This document shows positions 28,138 to 37,575 of a DNA stretch of 64,000 nucleotides, piece by piece. Positions within the stretch are counted from its first letter, which is position 1. Every line of letters begins with the position of its first letter. The notes beneath the pieces were generated by a model, which did no database searches, had not been told where the DNA came from, and saw only the letters and a list, made by a program, of their open reading frames with translations. The stretch is taken from positions 6,315 through 70,314 of the forward strand of contig LCBT01000002.1 of NCBI GenBank assembly GCA_000997385.1. Direction: 5' to 3'. This DNA is from Candidatus Daviesbacteria bacterium GW2011_GWA1_41_61 (GTDB lineage Bacteria > Patescibacteriota > Microgenomatia > Daviesbacterales > UBA10151). The translations under genes were made by a program, and so were the position numbers.

Positions 28138-28906
28138 AATACCAAGAACGTTTCTTAAAGTACCAATACCCTGCTACTAAAAAAAGTAGGGAAATAAAAA
28201 CAGTCGGGATAAATACTTCAAAAGAGGGTAAAACACCATATAAAATAACATCACGGTAAGAGTTAACTATCCCCGCCATGGGGTTAAAGTTTAGAAAAAA
28301 CCTTAAGTTTGGAGGGATCATCTGAGGAGAATAGATGATGGGGGTCAAATAGAGCCACAGTGTTAAAAAGACTCCCAAAACATTCTCAATATCCCTAAAA
28401 AAGGCATTAGTGGCTGAGAAAAAAAAAGAGATTCCTATGGTAAACATCAGCTGTACTAAAAAGATCAAAGGAACAAAAAGCAGAGTTGGGAAAAATGTTA
28501 CCTTAAATAAAATCAAAAAGATAATCAAAATTAAGGCGGTAAGTATTAAATCCACAAGTTTTGCAGCAATGGCTGAAAGGGGAAAAATTTCCCTGGGTAG
28601 AAAAACCTTAGTTATTAAAGAGTTATTAGCAGAGATGCTCCCAGTAGCTGAAGTAATAGCATTAGCAGTAAAAGTCCACGGTACTAAGGCTACAAAGAGA
28701 TATATCGGATATGGGATAGAATCGGTGGAAACCTTAAAAAAGTAGGAAAAAACTATGCTTAAAACTAACAAATTCACTAAAGGGACAATTATTACCCAAG
28801 CATAACCCAACAAAGATTGTTTATACTTAGCTTTTATCTCTCTTAAAGTTAGTTGTATAAATAAGTCTCTATAACGAGAAACCATAGTCTCAATCTTTCT
28901 TTCCAA
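28121..28906 (-). CDS. wzm: ABC-2 type polysaccharide export permease (Wzm-like)
   Basis: 6-TM ABC-2 permease, translationally coupled to the Wzt gene. Confidence 0.55.
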   Translation of the reverse strand: MERKIETMVSRYRDLFIQLTLREIKAKYKQSLLGYAWVIIVPLVNLLVLSIVFSYFFKVSTDSIPYPIYLFVALVPWTFTANAITSATGSISANNSLITKVFLPREIFPLSAIAAKLVDLILTALILIIFLILFKVTFFPTLLFVPLIFLVQLMFTIGISFFFSATNAFFRDIENVLGVFLTLWLYLTPIIYSPQMIPPNLRFFLNFNPMAGIVNSYRDVILYGVLPSFEVFIPTVFISLLFLVAGYWYFKKRSWYFADVI

Positions 28907-28978
28907 AATACCAATTTTTTCCTCTGAAAGTATCCATAATTATGTCTTTAAATGCAAGTTTTTAAGATATGTTTAAAA

Positions 28979-29887
28979 TCAGCTATGAAGTTTTGTCTCT
29001 AGATCACTCCTGACTTTCCCACTTCGATGAGTTAGGAAATCATACCATGCCCAGTAAACCGGGCGGTAAAAAAATCTATTGTTAGTACAAATTTTCAAAG
29101 ATATCGACACCAGATAAAATAAAGCCACAGTCTTCTGATAAATATTAAAAAATTTGGTGACAAATATTAAATTATTACGCAGATTATAATAGATCTTTAA
29201 AGGGGCTGTCTCTTTTAATGATCCTCCTTCTTTGTGGGTAATAACTGCCTGAGGATCTATCCAGATTTCATAACCTAGTTTTTTAGCTCTTTGGCAATAA
29301 TCAATATCTTCAAAACCAAAAAAGTAATTATCGTCTAACAAACCGACTTTTTCTATCACTTCTCGGCTAGTAAAGAGACCTGCCCCACAAACATAATCCA
29401 CTTTCTTGGGTCTAAATCCTTCAAGAGCTGATATAACTATATTTGGACAACGCCCAAAAGGCCTAATTTTGCCTCCAACGTTATAAACCATTCTCCCCTC
29501 TCTTTGCAAAAGCATAACGGGGGCTATTACCCCAACTCTCTTTTTATGATGAATAAAGTGGATCAGACTTCTCAAAAAATCCGGAGTAACAACAGTATCA
29601 TTATTCAGAAGTAATAGATAGTCTGCTCCTTCTTTTAAGGCTCTGTTTACTCCTAAGTTATTAGCGCCAGTAAAACCTAAGTTTTGATTGTTTTGCACAG
29701 TAATAACTTTATGGAACCTTTGGTGAATAACAGCTAGTTCATTCTTTTGGGAAGCATTGTCTATAACTAAAGTCTTAACCTTATATTTTTCGACTTTAAC
29801 CTTCTCTAAAGATTTTAAACATTTTAATGTATCAGATAAACCATTATAGTTGATAATAATAATAAATATCTTGCCTTCCCTTTCCAT
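28979..29887 (-). CDS. glycosyltransferase family 2
   Basis: IIIINYNGLSDT...LVIDNAS and DxD-like motifs. Confidence 0.55.
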   Translation of the reverse strand: MEREGKIFIIIINYNGLSDTLKCLKSLEKVKVEKYKVKTLVIDNASQKNELAVIHQRFHKVITVQNNQNLGFTGANNLGVNRALKEGADYLLLLNNDTVVTPDFLRSLIHFIHHKKRVGVIAPVMLLQREGRMVYNVGGKIRPFGRCPNIVISALEGFRPKKVDYVCGAGLFTSREVIEKVGLLDDNYFFGFEDIDYCQRAKKLGYEIWIDPQAVITHKEGGSLKETAPLKIYYNLRNNLIFVTKFFNIYQKTVALFYLVSISLKICTNNRFFYRPVYWAWYDFLTHRSGKVRSDLETKLHS

Positions 29888-30009
29888 ATAAAAGCTATTT
29901 TACCAGACTTATCCTCAACCTTTAACTAATTTTACCCATTAGACACATTTGTTCATTTAATGACTAGTATTGCACCCAGAACCATTAGTCCTGTGCCTAA
30001 GGCTTTGGA

Positions 30010-30360
30010 CTAAGTAAAGCTCTCCCCTAAAAATAGAGCTGCCAAAACCAGGGACAATCTATCAATAGGGGCTACCTGGGAAGCCTGCCCCAGCTGTAAG
30101 GCCTTAAAATAAGCTAGCCAGGACAATGCTCCAGCTATAGCAGATAAAATCACAAAGATGGTGGTGGTGGAAGACAACTGGAAAAGTTGGCCTACTTGGC
30201 CTTTGGTAACTACCAAGCCCACAATCACCAATGCCATAATTAAAGACCTGGCAGCTGTAGCCACATTAGAGTCTACCCCTGAAACTCCAATTTTCCCAAA
30301 GATAGCTGTTAAAGAAGCAAAAAAAGCTGAAAGTAAAGCAAAAAATAACCAGTTCATCAC
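30010..30360 (-). CDS. half-size EamA/DMT (4-TM) protein, ArnE/ArnF-like candidate lipid-linked sugar flippase subunit
   Basis: 116 aa with 4 TM helices and EamA-like sequence (AIFGKIGV...LGESFT). Confidence 0.35.
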   Translation of the reverse strand: MMNWLFFALLSAFFASLTAIFGKIGVSGVDSNVATAARSLIMALVIVGLVVTKGQVGQLFQLSSTTTIFVILSAIAGALSWLAYFKALQLGQASQVAPIDRLSLVLAALFLGESFT

Positions 30361-30404
30361 TTTAGTATACTCTATACTCCTGAAAAAATGCTAAAATATT
30401 TTTA

Positions 30405-31286
30405 ATGTTACTTTTTAAAAAACTCACTTTTGCCTTACCTTGGCTAGTCTTTTTTACCATTGCTTGTAGCTATCTCCCTTCTCTTTACCAAGACCCTTAT
30501 TTTATTATCTCTACTGATTTTAATTTTTACCTCCAACTACTAACTTTAGTTGGCTTAATCTTGTTAAGTAGTTTCTTTTTTGTTATTTTTGTGACCCTTG
30601 CCTCTATTTTAAAAATTATCTTACCTGCTTGTTTATTAGCTTCTTTAATTCCCCTGCTTTTTTTAAATCCCCCTTCTAGTTTCCTTTTAACCGGAGGGGC
30701 TTTTTTATCTTTTACTGCTATCTCCCTGCTGTTACAAAAGGAGCTGGATCAGTATTTAACCTTTAAGGCTACTTCACTTCTTTCTCCTTCCATTAAACAA
30801 CTGGCCACTATTTTACTGTTAGTTATCTCAGTGATTTTTTATTTGGTAGCAGAAAAGGAAGTAAGCCAAAATGGATTTAAGATTCCCTCTTCCTTAATAG
30901 AGATGAGTTTAAGTCTCACCCAAACATCTCAAAGTTTAGAGGTTAGCCCCACCACAGCTGTTAATCAACCCCAGATTCCCCCTGAGCTGCTTAAGCAATA
31001 CGGAGTAGACCCAGCAGTTCTAGAAGAGCTGGATAAACCTCAAAACAAGCCTCAAAACACTATGGCAACTTTAGTAGAAAGCCAAATTAACAACTTAATC
31101 AAACCCTACCAGCAATTTATTCCTTTAGTTTTAGCTCTGCTGCTATTTGTTACCCTTAAATGGCTGGCTTCTATTTTATCCATCCTTCTTACTCCCCTGC
31201 TGTGGTTTATCTTCTGGATTTTAGAAAAAACAGGCTTTACTAAATACGAGAAAGAGATGAGAGAAGTCAAAAAGCTGATTATTTAG
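30405..31286 (+). CDS. hypothetical polytopic membrane protein
   Basis: Multiple TM helices; Pro/Gln-rich central loop. Confidence 0.3.
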   Translation: MLLFKKLTFALPWLVFFTIACSYLPSLYQDPYFIISTDFNFYLQLLTLVGLILLSSFFFVIFVTLASILKIILPACLLASLIPLLFLNPPSSFLLTGGAFLSFTAISLLLQKELDQYLTFKATSLLSPSIKQLATILLLVISVIFYLVAEKEVSQNGFKIPSSLIEMSLSLTQTSQSLEVSPTTAVNQPQIPPELLKQYGVDPAVLEELDKPQNKPQNTMATLVESQINNLIKPYQQFIPLVLALLLFVTLKWLASILSILLTPLLWFIFWILEKTGFTKYEKEMREVKKLII

Positions 31287-31425
31287 AGGGTAATTCTCCG
31301 ACATATCTAACAATATTACCCTCCTCATCACAAACCACAAGACCCCTCTCTGATAGACGGTAGTGCAAAACTTGTCCGGGAGTTTTTATAACAAATCCTC
31401 CGATTCTTCCCAGTTAGAACCAGCC

Positions 31426-31872
31426 TTATTCAAATTTTTTCACTCTCCCTAAAGCAAACACTTTTTCAAAATCACTATCAAACGTGGCCAAATATTTAAT
31501 CTTATTTTCCAGAGTAATAAGCAAATGATAGGCATCTCTGGGTTTAAGACCAAACTTCTCCATAAGTTTTAAAACTTTAAGCTGTTTTTTAACCTCTAAA
31601 GGTGGGTTAAAAATCTTTATTCCTGGTAATTTCAGAATTTCTCTTAAACTTAACGTAATCATCTTTATCTTCTCTTTTTCAGCTTTATATGAGGAAGTAA
31701 AAGTATTATAAATATACTCATCAAGAACTAGAGGGGAAATTATTAGATCAAGTCCTCCTTTTATTAACTTACTTATCATCTCTTGAGTCTGTTGGTAAAA
31801 AGGAGATTGCCAGTCTTGATAATAAAGCAGAATGTTAGTGTCTAAGTAACAACTATTTGTAACTCTCTTCAT
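31426..31872 (-). CDS. PIN-domain toxin (VapC-like)
   Basis: YLDTNILLYY PIN signature. Overlaps the upstream antitoxin gene. Confidence 0.55.
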   Translation of the reverse strand: MKRVTNSCYLDTNILLYYQDWQSPFYQQTQEMISKLIKGGLDLIISPLVLDEYIYNTFTSSYKAEKEKIKMITLSLREILKLPGIKIFNPPLEVKKQLKVLKLMEKFGLKPRDAYHLLITLENKIKYLATFDSDFEKVFALGRVKKFE

Positions 31873-32101
31873 ATAGGAGATCTAACTCTTCAGCGTTTAA
31901 ATGTCGTTCTAATTTCAAGTGACCAGAGAGCTTTTTAACCAGCTTATCCACCTCAACCTCAGAAAGTTTTTTTTCTTTTAAAATCACCTTCTTTCCCTGC
32001 TTTTCTACCTTCAGTTTCTGACCTGGTTTAATACCTAAGCCCTTAGGAAGAGTTACAACAGTGCTGGAGCCTAGCTGAAAGGTTTGAACAATGTAAGTCA
32101 T
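31853..32101 (-). CDS. AbrB/MazE/SpoVT-type antitoxin
   Basis: QLGSSTVVTLPKGLGIKPGQKLKV swapped-hairpin motif. Confidence 0.5.
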   Translation of the reverse strand: MTYIVQTFQLGSSTVVTLPKGLGIKPGQKLKVEKQGKKVILKEKKLSEVEVDKLVKKLSGHLKLERHLNAEELDLLYEESYK

Positions 32102-32133
32102 ATATATAATATTATCATTTTAATATATATCTG

Positions 32134-34344
32134 TCAAGATATTTTTAAAGGCTTCATCTCTCCCCAGTTGGGGCCTACTTTGAGATCAACCATCACTGGC
32201 ACAGAAAGTTTTAAGGCAGACTCCATCTTTTCTTTGACCATCTTGGCTGTTTCTTTAACTGCTTTTGGGCCACATTCAAACAAAAGCTCATCATGGACCT
32301 GCAAAATAAGTTTACAGTTATCAGTTTTCTGTTTACCAGTTACTGATAACTCTTTATCTATCTCCACCATGGCCTTTTTAATCATATCGGCTGCTGTGCC
32401 TTGAACAGGCATATTTATAGCTGCCCTTTCTCCAAAGGCTCTTAAAGACCTGTTGGACATTTGCAGTTGAGGGATATATCTTCTTCTCCCCCAAATTGTC
32501 TCCACATATCCATCTTTGACTGCTTGTTCCAAAAGATTAATCATCCAATCCCGGACTTTAGGAAACTGTTCAAAGTACTCCGCGATGTATTCTCTGGCTG
32601 TTTGATAATCCACATCAAGCTGTCTGGACAAAGCGTGGGGTCCCTGACCATAAAGGGTGGCAAAGTTCATGGTTTTGCCAATCCTTCTTTGCTCCTTTGT
32701 TATTTCCTCTACAGGCACCTTAAAGATCATTGAGGCGGTAGCAGCATGAATGTCTATCTCTTCCTGAAAAGCTTTTAATAGTCCCGGATCTTGGGCCAGA
32801 TGAGCCATAATGCGAAGCTCTATCTGAGAGTAGTCGGCTGCCAAAAGCACTTTTCCTTTAGGGACAATAAAAGCTTTCCTAATTTCTCCTCCAATTTCCC
32901 CTTTAATGGGAATATTTTGCAGGTTAGGATTTTGGGAAGAGAGTCGGCCTGTGGCTGCTCCCTCCACATTAAAGGTAGAATGAATCCTTTTATCCTCCCC
33001 CACCGCTTTGGGCAAAGCATCAACATAAGTCGAGATCAGTTTAAACAGCTGGCGGTACTGTAAAATCAAAGGGACTGCCGGATGATGATCAAAAAGCTCA
33101 TGTAAAGTTTCCTCATCAGTGGACCTGCCGGTTTTAGTCTTTTTTATAACCGGCAGTTTCAATTCATCAAAAAGAACCGCTGACAACTGTTTAGGGCTAT
33201 TAAGGTTAAATTGGTGCCCTAATGTAGCATAAATCTCCTCCTCTATCTTCTCCAACCTCTCCTTTAACTGTTTCCCCATCTTTGCCAAAAACTTCAGATC
33301 CACCGCCACTCCCGTCTCCGACATCTTTTTTAAGACCGGTTCCACCTGATGATCCAAATCAGTAGTGTTAGTAGACACGGCTTTATGCCTGTCATGCTGG
33401 AGGTCGCCTTGACGACCGATAGCATCCTTGTTTTGGGATTCTATCGCTTCACTTTGTTTCGCTCCAGAATGACCATCTGTAGTTCCTGGTATCCGGTTAA
33501 TCAAACTTCTAAACTCCAGCTCTGCAAATAAATTTTTTACCTTTTCTTTATCAAAATCATGGACCCTGCACGCCAGTAAATCCAATTTAATAGGAATCTG
33601 GGTTTCTATAGTGGCTAACTTTTTACTAGTTACAGCACTCTCTTTTCCTTCTTCTAAAAGTTTCTTCAATCTCTGGGGAAATTCATTTAAGTGTCTATAA
33701 ACTTTTTCTACAGTCTGATGCTCCTGAATCAACTTGGTGGCAGTTACCTCCCCTATCCCAGGGACTCCAGGAATACCATCTGAAGCATCCCCAGCCAAAC
33801 CTTTATAATCTATTAAATTTTTGGGGGCAAAACCAAACCTTAAAACAAACTCCTCTTCCCCATAAAGCCCCACATCATTAATAGTTTTTTTAGGCATTAA
33901 AACTTTAATTCTTTTATTGATCAGCTGCATTAAATCCCTGTCTCCGGTGAGAATGATAATCTCCATGGCTTTTTCTTTTTGCTCTGCTTGTTTGGCTAAA
34001 GCTCCCACCAGATCATCAGCCTCAAAGCCCGACAGTTTAAACTCCGGAATATTTAAAGCATCGATCACTTGATGAACTCTCTCATATTGCCCAAGCAAAG
34101 CATCGTCAGCCGCCTTCCTCTGAGCTTTATAACCAGCAAACTGCTCATGTCGGAAAGTAGGAGCCCTCATATCCCAAGTTACTGCCAGATAATCAGGCTG
34201 CAGCTCATTTAAAGCTTTTAAAAGCATGGCGGTAAAACCGTAGACTGCGTTAACCAGCTCTCCTTTGGAGGTAGAAAGAGGAGGAGTGGCATGATAAGCC
34301 CGATGAAGTAAAGCATTCCCATCCACTAAAACTAAACGTTTCAT
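32134..34344 (-). CDS. polA: DNA polymerase I (5'-3' exonuclease + polymerase domains; no 3'-5' exonuclease domain)
   Basis: VLVDGNALLHRAYHA 5'-nuclease N-terminus and polymerase motifs A/B/C (DYSQIELR, RRxGKxxNFxxxYG, VHDE); only 736 aa. Confidence 0.75.
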   Translation of the reverse strand: MKRLVLVDGNALLHRAYHATPPLSTSKGELVNAVYGFTAMLLKALNELQPDYLAVTWDMRAPTFRHEQFAGYKAQRKAADDALLGQYERVHQVIDALNIPEFKLSGFEADDLVGALAKQAEQKEKAMEIIILTGDRDLMQLINKRIKVLMPKKTINDVGLYGEEEFVLRFGFAPKNLIDYKGLAGDASDGIPGVPGIGEVTATKLIQEHQTVEKVYRHLNEFPQRLKKLLEEGKESAVTSKKLATIETQIPIKLDLLACRVHDFDKEKVKNLFAELEFRSLINRIPGTTDGHSGAKQSEAIESQNKDAIGRQGDLQHDRHKAVSTNTTDLDHQVEPVLKKMSETGVAVDLKFLAKMGKQLKERLEKIEEEIYATLGHQFNLNSPKQLSAVLFDELKLPVIKKTKTGRSTDEETLHELFDHHPAVPLILQYRQLFKLISTYVDALPKAVGEDKRIHSTFNVEGAATGRLSSQNPNLQNIPIKGEIGGEIRKAFIVPKGKVLLAADYSQIELRIMAHLAQDPGLLKAFQEEIDIHAATASMIFKVPVEEITKEQRRIGKTMNFATLYGQGPHALSRQLDVDYQTAREYIAEYFEQFPKVRDWMINLLEQAVKDGYVETIWGRRRYIPQLQMSNRSLRAFGERAAINMPVQGTAADMIKKAMVEIDKELSVTGKQKTDNCKLILQVHDELLFECGPKAVKETAKMVKEKMESALKLSVPVMVDLKVGPNWGEMKPLKIS

Positions 34345-34385
34345 AAAGGAATTTTAACAGATAAAGTGGTCTAATGCAGCTTAAA

Positions 34386-34739
34386 CTAACCGTGAGGGGT
34401 AAAAAGTTCTGGTTCACAAGCCTCAGCATATTTCATGACACAATAAGTAAACAGTTCTGCTGCTCCAAAGGAAAGCACTGTATAAAAAGGGTTTCCTCCC
34501 TCCGAAATATACCAGGCACCCGTTACTGGAATCATTGAAAGTAAACCAACTTTAGCACAATGCTCAATAGTTTTATTATGTTTTTCCCCAAATCTTGCCA
34601 TAGCCCCAGCAACCCTATTTACAACTCCTTCTACTGATGCTTGCAAGGCTTGTAGTAGTGGCCGCACTCCACCGACTCCAGGTCTAACATCAGCTCCCTG
34701 AACTATAGGAAAATCTTCGTTTCTATTTTCTATTCTCAT
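34386..34739 (-). CDS. hypothetical protein
   Basis: ORF only. Confidence 0.25.
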   Translation of the reverse strand: MRIENRNEDFPIVQGADVRPGVGGVRPLLQALQASVEGVVNRVAGAMARFGEKHNKTIEHCAKVGLLSMIPVTGAWYISEGGNPFYTVLSFGAAELFTYCVMKYAEACEPELFTPHG

Positions 34740-34787
34740 ATCCTGGATGGTAACAATTTCTTTTCATTTATACAATAGGTTTAACTA

Positions 34788-35615
34788 TTGAAATATCTTG
34801 TGGCTGAAAGTATAATTCACAAAATTATGAGTACCTTAAGAGAAGCTGAAGCTTTGCCTTTTGTAATTAAAGAGGGAGAAGATTTTCCTTTATTTGACGC
34901 CCGACATACTGTGGCGGTAGTTAATCAGGAACATCAGCTTATAGAGTTTAAATCACTTGCTCTGCTGCAGTACTCGAGTGCAGATAATCTATTGAATATA
35001 CCCTTGGAAATATTCGCCGCAGCAGCAAGGATAAAAAAGGGACAAGCCTTTGTATTACACAACCCCCAGATAGGTTATTCCGTAGATAGCCGAGATTATC
35101 AACCGAAGACCCGAGAAGTAAAATATCAGGAAAGGGAGGAAGAATTTGAGGCAGAGATAGACTTCCAAGAGGCCCCTCTAGTGTTAAGTGTAGAAACGAA
35201 TGATGAAAAAACACGGGATTTTTCTGAAGACCAAAATCCCTACTTAATAGATCAAGTCTGGAGAATAAGCGCGGAACGGCTTAGGATGATAATAACCTCC
35301 TCCGGTGCTGATATTGTAGAGCCTTATCAACCTCACCACTTTACACCTCAATTAGAAGGACAGATGCATCTAGGCATGGCCGGTTTTAATCGCCACACTC
35401 GAATGACAGAAAGCTTTGTCAGTTATATTTATGACTTTTACCCCCTAGACTTTGGACCTTTAGCAGTTGACTATAATCTTTCCCGAACGTGGAGAGAGAG
35501 GCAACGCTTTGGCTTTGGTCTATATGTCTGTCTTTCTCCCGATCCTTACTCATTAAATATAACTAGCCGCGTTCTCATAGACAAAGAAAGGTTAGAGGAG
35601 CCAGTAGAAACTTAA
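34788..35615 (+). CDS. hypothetical protein
   Basis: ORF only. Confidence 0.3.
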   Translation: MKYLVAESIIHKIMSTLREAEALPFVIKEGEDFPLFDARHTVAVVNQEHQLIEFKSLALLQYSSADNLLNIPLEIFAAAARIKKGQAFVLHNPQIGYSVDSRDYQPKTREVKYQEREEEFEAEIDFQEAPLVLSVETNDEKTRDFSEDQNPYLIDQVWRISAERLRMIITSSGADIVEPYQPHHFTPQLEGQMHLGMAGFNRHTRMTESFVSYIYDFYPLDFGPLAVDYNLSRTWRERQRFGFGLYVCLSPDPYSLNITSRVLIDKERLEEPVET

Positions 35616-35763
35616 AGCAAACGGTTTTTTAAAACCATTTAAGATTAAAGCCCGAGCACCTCTTTCTTGCATCTTAACTAGTTTTTCTACTCTAGCTTAT
35701 AATTCCCATCAAAGAAGACTACCATTAGCCATAGGCATATAAAGAATACTAATAGAACATAAA

Positions 35764-36819
35764 TTATTTCAGTGTATAACCAACTTCTTTTCTAAAATCA
35801 ACTGCCGTAAAACGTGCCTTATTGTTATAATTTACTTGCTGAAAAACTAGTGGTTTTTCCCAACGAGATCCCCTAAACCTCTCTTCTGCTTCTCTTAATT
35901 TCTCGTCACTATAGGAAAATACGGAAATTCGTGGTTTGATACCACGCCTGCTTTGAACGTCATAGGCGATTTCTACAAACTCAATTCCACCCATCTTGCC
36001 TTTTCCCAACTCCAAGTCAGTCAATATTACGTCATAATGTCCTCTTCTTAATGCTTCCAGGGCAGATTCACAGTCAGGAAAAAAACCTTGCTGATCAGCT
36101 TGATCCTTAAAACCAACAGCTATAAGTCTTTCATACCAAACCTGAGCTTTTTGATCATCAACCACCATTAATGTTAAATCTAATGGCTCTGTTTCACCAT
36201 GCTCAAGTAGACTCCCAAAATGCCAGGTTAGAAAATTAAACGACTCTGCCGGACCCACCAATCCATGCCCTAAATCGATTGTATAAGCATCACTTTTCGG
36301 TATTCTTCCTTCATAAACAGCCAAACCTATCTCCTTAGAGATGGTCTGCATCATTTCATGAAGAGGTGCCGACAAAGTTGGCTGAGCCAACATTAAAGCA
36401 CTCATTTCATCCCATCTCCTGTTATATTCTTCCGGGGTCTCATATAAAAGCTGCATGTGATTGTTATTAAATCTTGTTTCGACAGTAAGCCCCCTTAAAA
36501 GAGAGTATACTTGTTCTTGATGACCAGCTTGAGGGTTAAAAATAGCCATTTTATCAAGAAACCAATTTCCCACAACTGGATAAGTTAATAATCGGCGTAC
36601 CCTCTGGGGCAGTTTGCAAACAGATGCCAAGTCGTCTAAATCTTGAGCTAAGTTTTCCTCATGAAACCGAAACCAATTCCGCACCAACTCATAGTCAGCT
36701 TTTATTTCTTTCTCTTCTGATCCTAATTGATCTAAGATAGTAGTTAATTTCTCTAGTAACATATAGGGGGATTTATCCTTTGAGCTCACTTTGATGAACA
36801 ATGGCAGCATAGATACCAT
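35764..36819 (-). CDS. orphan response-regulator receiver domain protein with uncharacterized ~200-aa N-terminal domain
   Basis: C-terminal REC features: MVVDDQ acidic pocket, phospho-acceptor Asp in VILTDLELG, and a conserved K in KPL. Confidence 0.4.
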   Translation of the reverse strand: MVSMLPLFIKVSSKDKSPYMLLEKLTTILDQLGSEEKEIKADYELVRNWFRFHEENLAQDLDDLASVCKLPQRVRRLLTYPVVGNWFLDKMAIFNPQAGHQEQVYSLLRGLTVETRFNNNHMQLLYETPEEYNRRWDEMSALMLAQPTLSAPLHEMMQTISKEIGLAVYEGRIPKSDAYTIDLGHGLVGPAESFNFLTWHFGSLLEHGETEPLDLTLMVVDDQKAQVWYERLIAVGFKDQADQQGFFPDCESALEALRRGHYDVILTDLELGKGKMGGIEFVEIAYDVQSRRGIKPRISVFSYSDEKLREAEERFRGSRWEKPLVFQQVNYNNKARFTAVDFRKEVGYTLK

Positions 36820-37272
36820 TTAAATATCTTTTAAATTAATTACTTTCAGCTCTTTAAACTTTTTTAGCCTTTCATCATTAGTAATGAGGGCATTGGCCTT
36901 ACCAAAAAGTGCAGTTGCCAGTTGAATTGAATCCGGTAACCTAAATCCATATTCTCTCCTGATTCTGGCTGCTTCAACAGTAATAGTCCTATCAACATTC
37001 AAAACTTTTAAATTAGGGATGTCGAAAAATTTCTTTTCTGTCTCACGCGCAGCTACCTTAGAAAGAAAATCCGGAGACAGAATTTCCATTAAAGATATCA
37101 CGCTGGTGACAGTGTTTAAACTATTAGTACTTAATAAATCAAAAATCTTCTTCGCGGATTGGCCAAACTCTGAATTTTGTTCAAAGTAATAAATAAAGAT
37201 ATTAGTGTCCAAACCCACCAATTTTAATTTATTTAATTTTTTATCCAGGGTTTTCAAGCCTTCCTCTCCCAC
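36820..37272 (-). CDS. PIN-domain toxin (VapC-like)
   Basis: LVGLDTNIFIYYF PIN signature. Confidence 0.55.
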   Translation of the reverse strand: MGEEGLKTLDKKLNKLKLVGLDTNIFIYYFEQNSEFGQSAKKIFDLLSTNSLNTVTSVISLMEILSPDFLSKVAARETEKKFFDIPNLKVLNVDRTITVEAARIRREYGFRLPDSIQLATALFGKANALITNDERLKKFKELKVINLKDI

Positions 37273-37523
37273 TCATTACGTATTTTTTCTACTGCCCCTA
37301 CCATATCCCTACCTTGCCAATATTTTTTTAAGCTACCATAATTTTCATCTGACCAGCTTTGTTTAACAGGTTTTACAGTAATAACACCTTCCTCAGATGA
37401 TTTGACTACTACTTTACTCCCAGGCCTGATACCTGATACCTGTTTCCTAACCTCTTTAGGAATCACTATTTGATACTTGGCTCCAACTGTTACTTGGTAT
37501 ATATTAATTTCCTCGTATAACAA
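37254..37523 (-). CDS. AbrB/SpoVT-type antitoxin
   Basis: YQIVIPKEVRKQVSGIRPGSKVVV. Overlaps the PIN gene. Confidence 0.5.
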   Translation of the reverse strand: MLYEEINIYQVTVGAKYQIVIPKEVRKQVSGIRPGSKVVVKSSEEGVITVKPVKQSWSDENYGSLKKYWQGRDMVGAVEKIRNEWERKA

Positions 37524-37575
37524 TTTTACTAAATTTTGTCATACCAGTCAACTATGAATTTTTTGAATATTGGGT

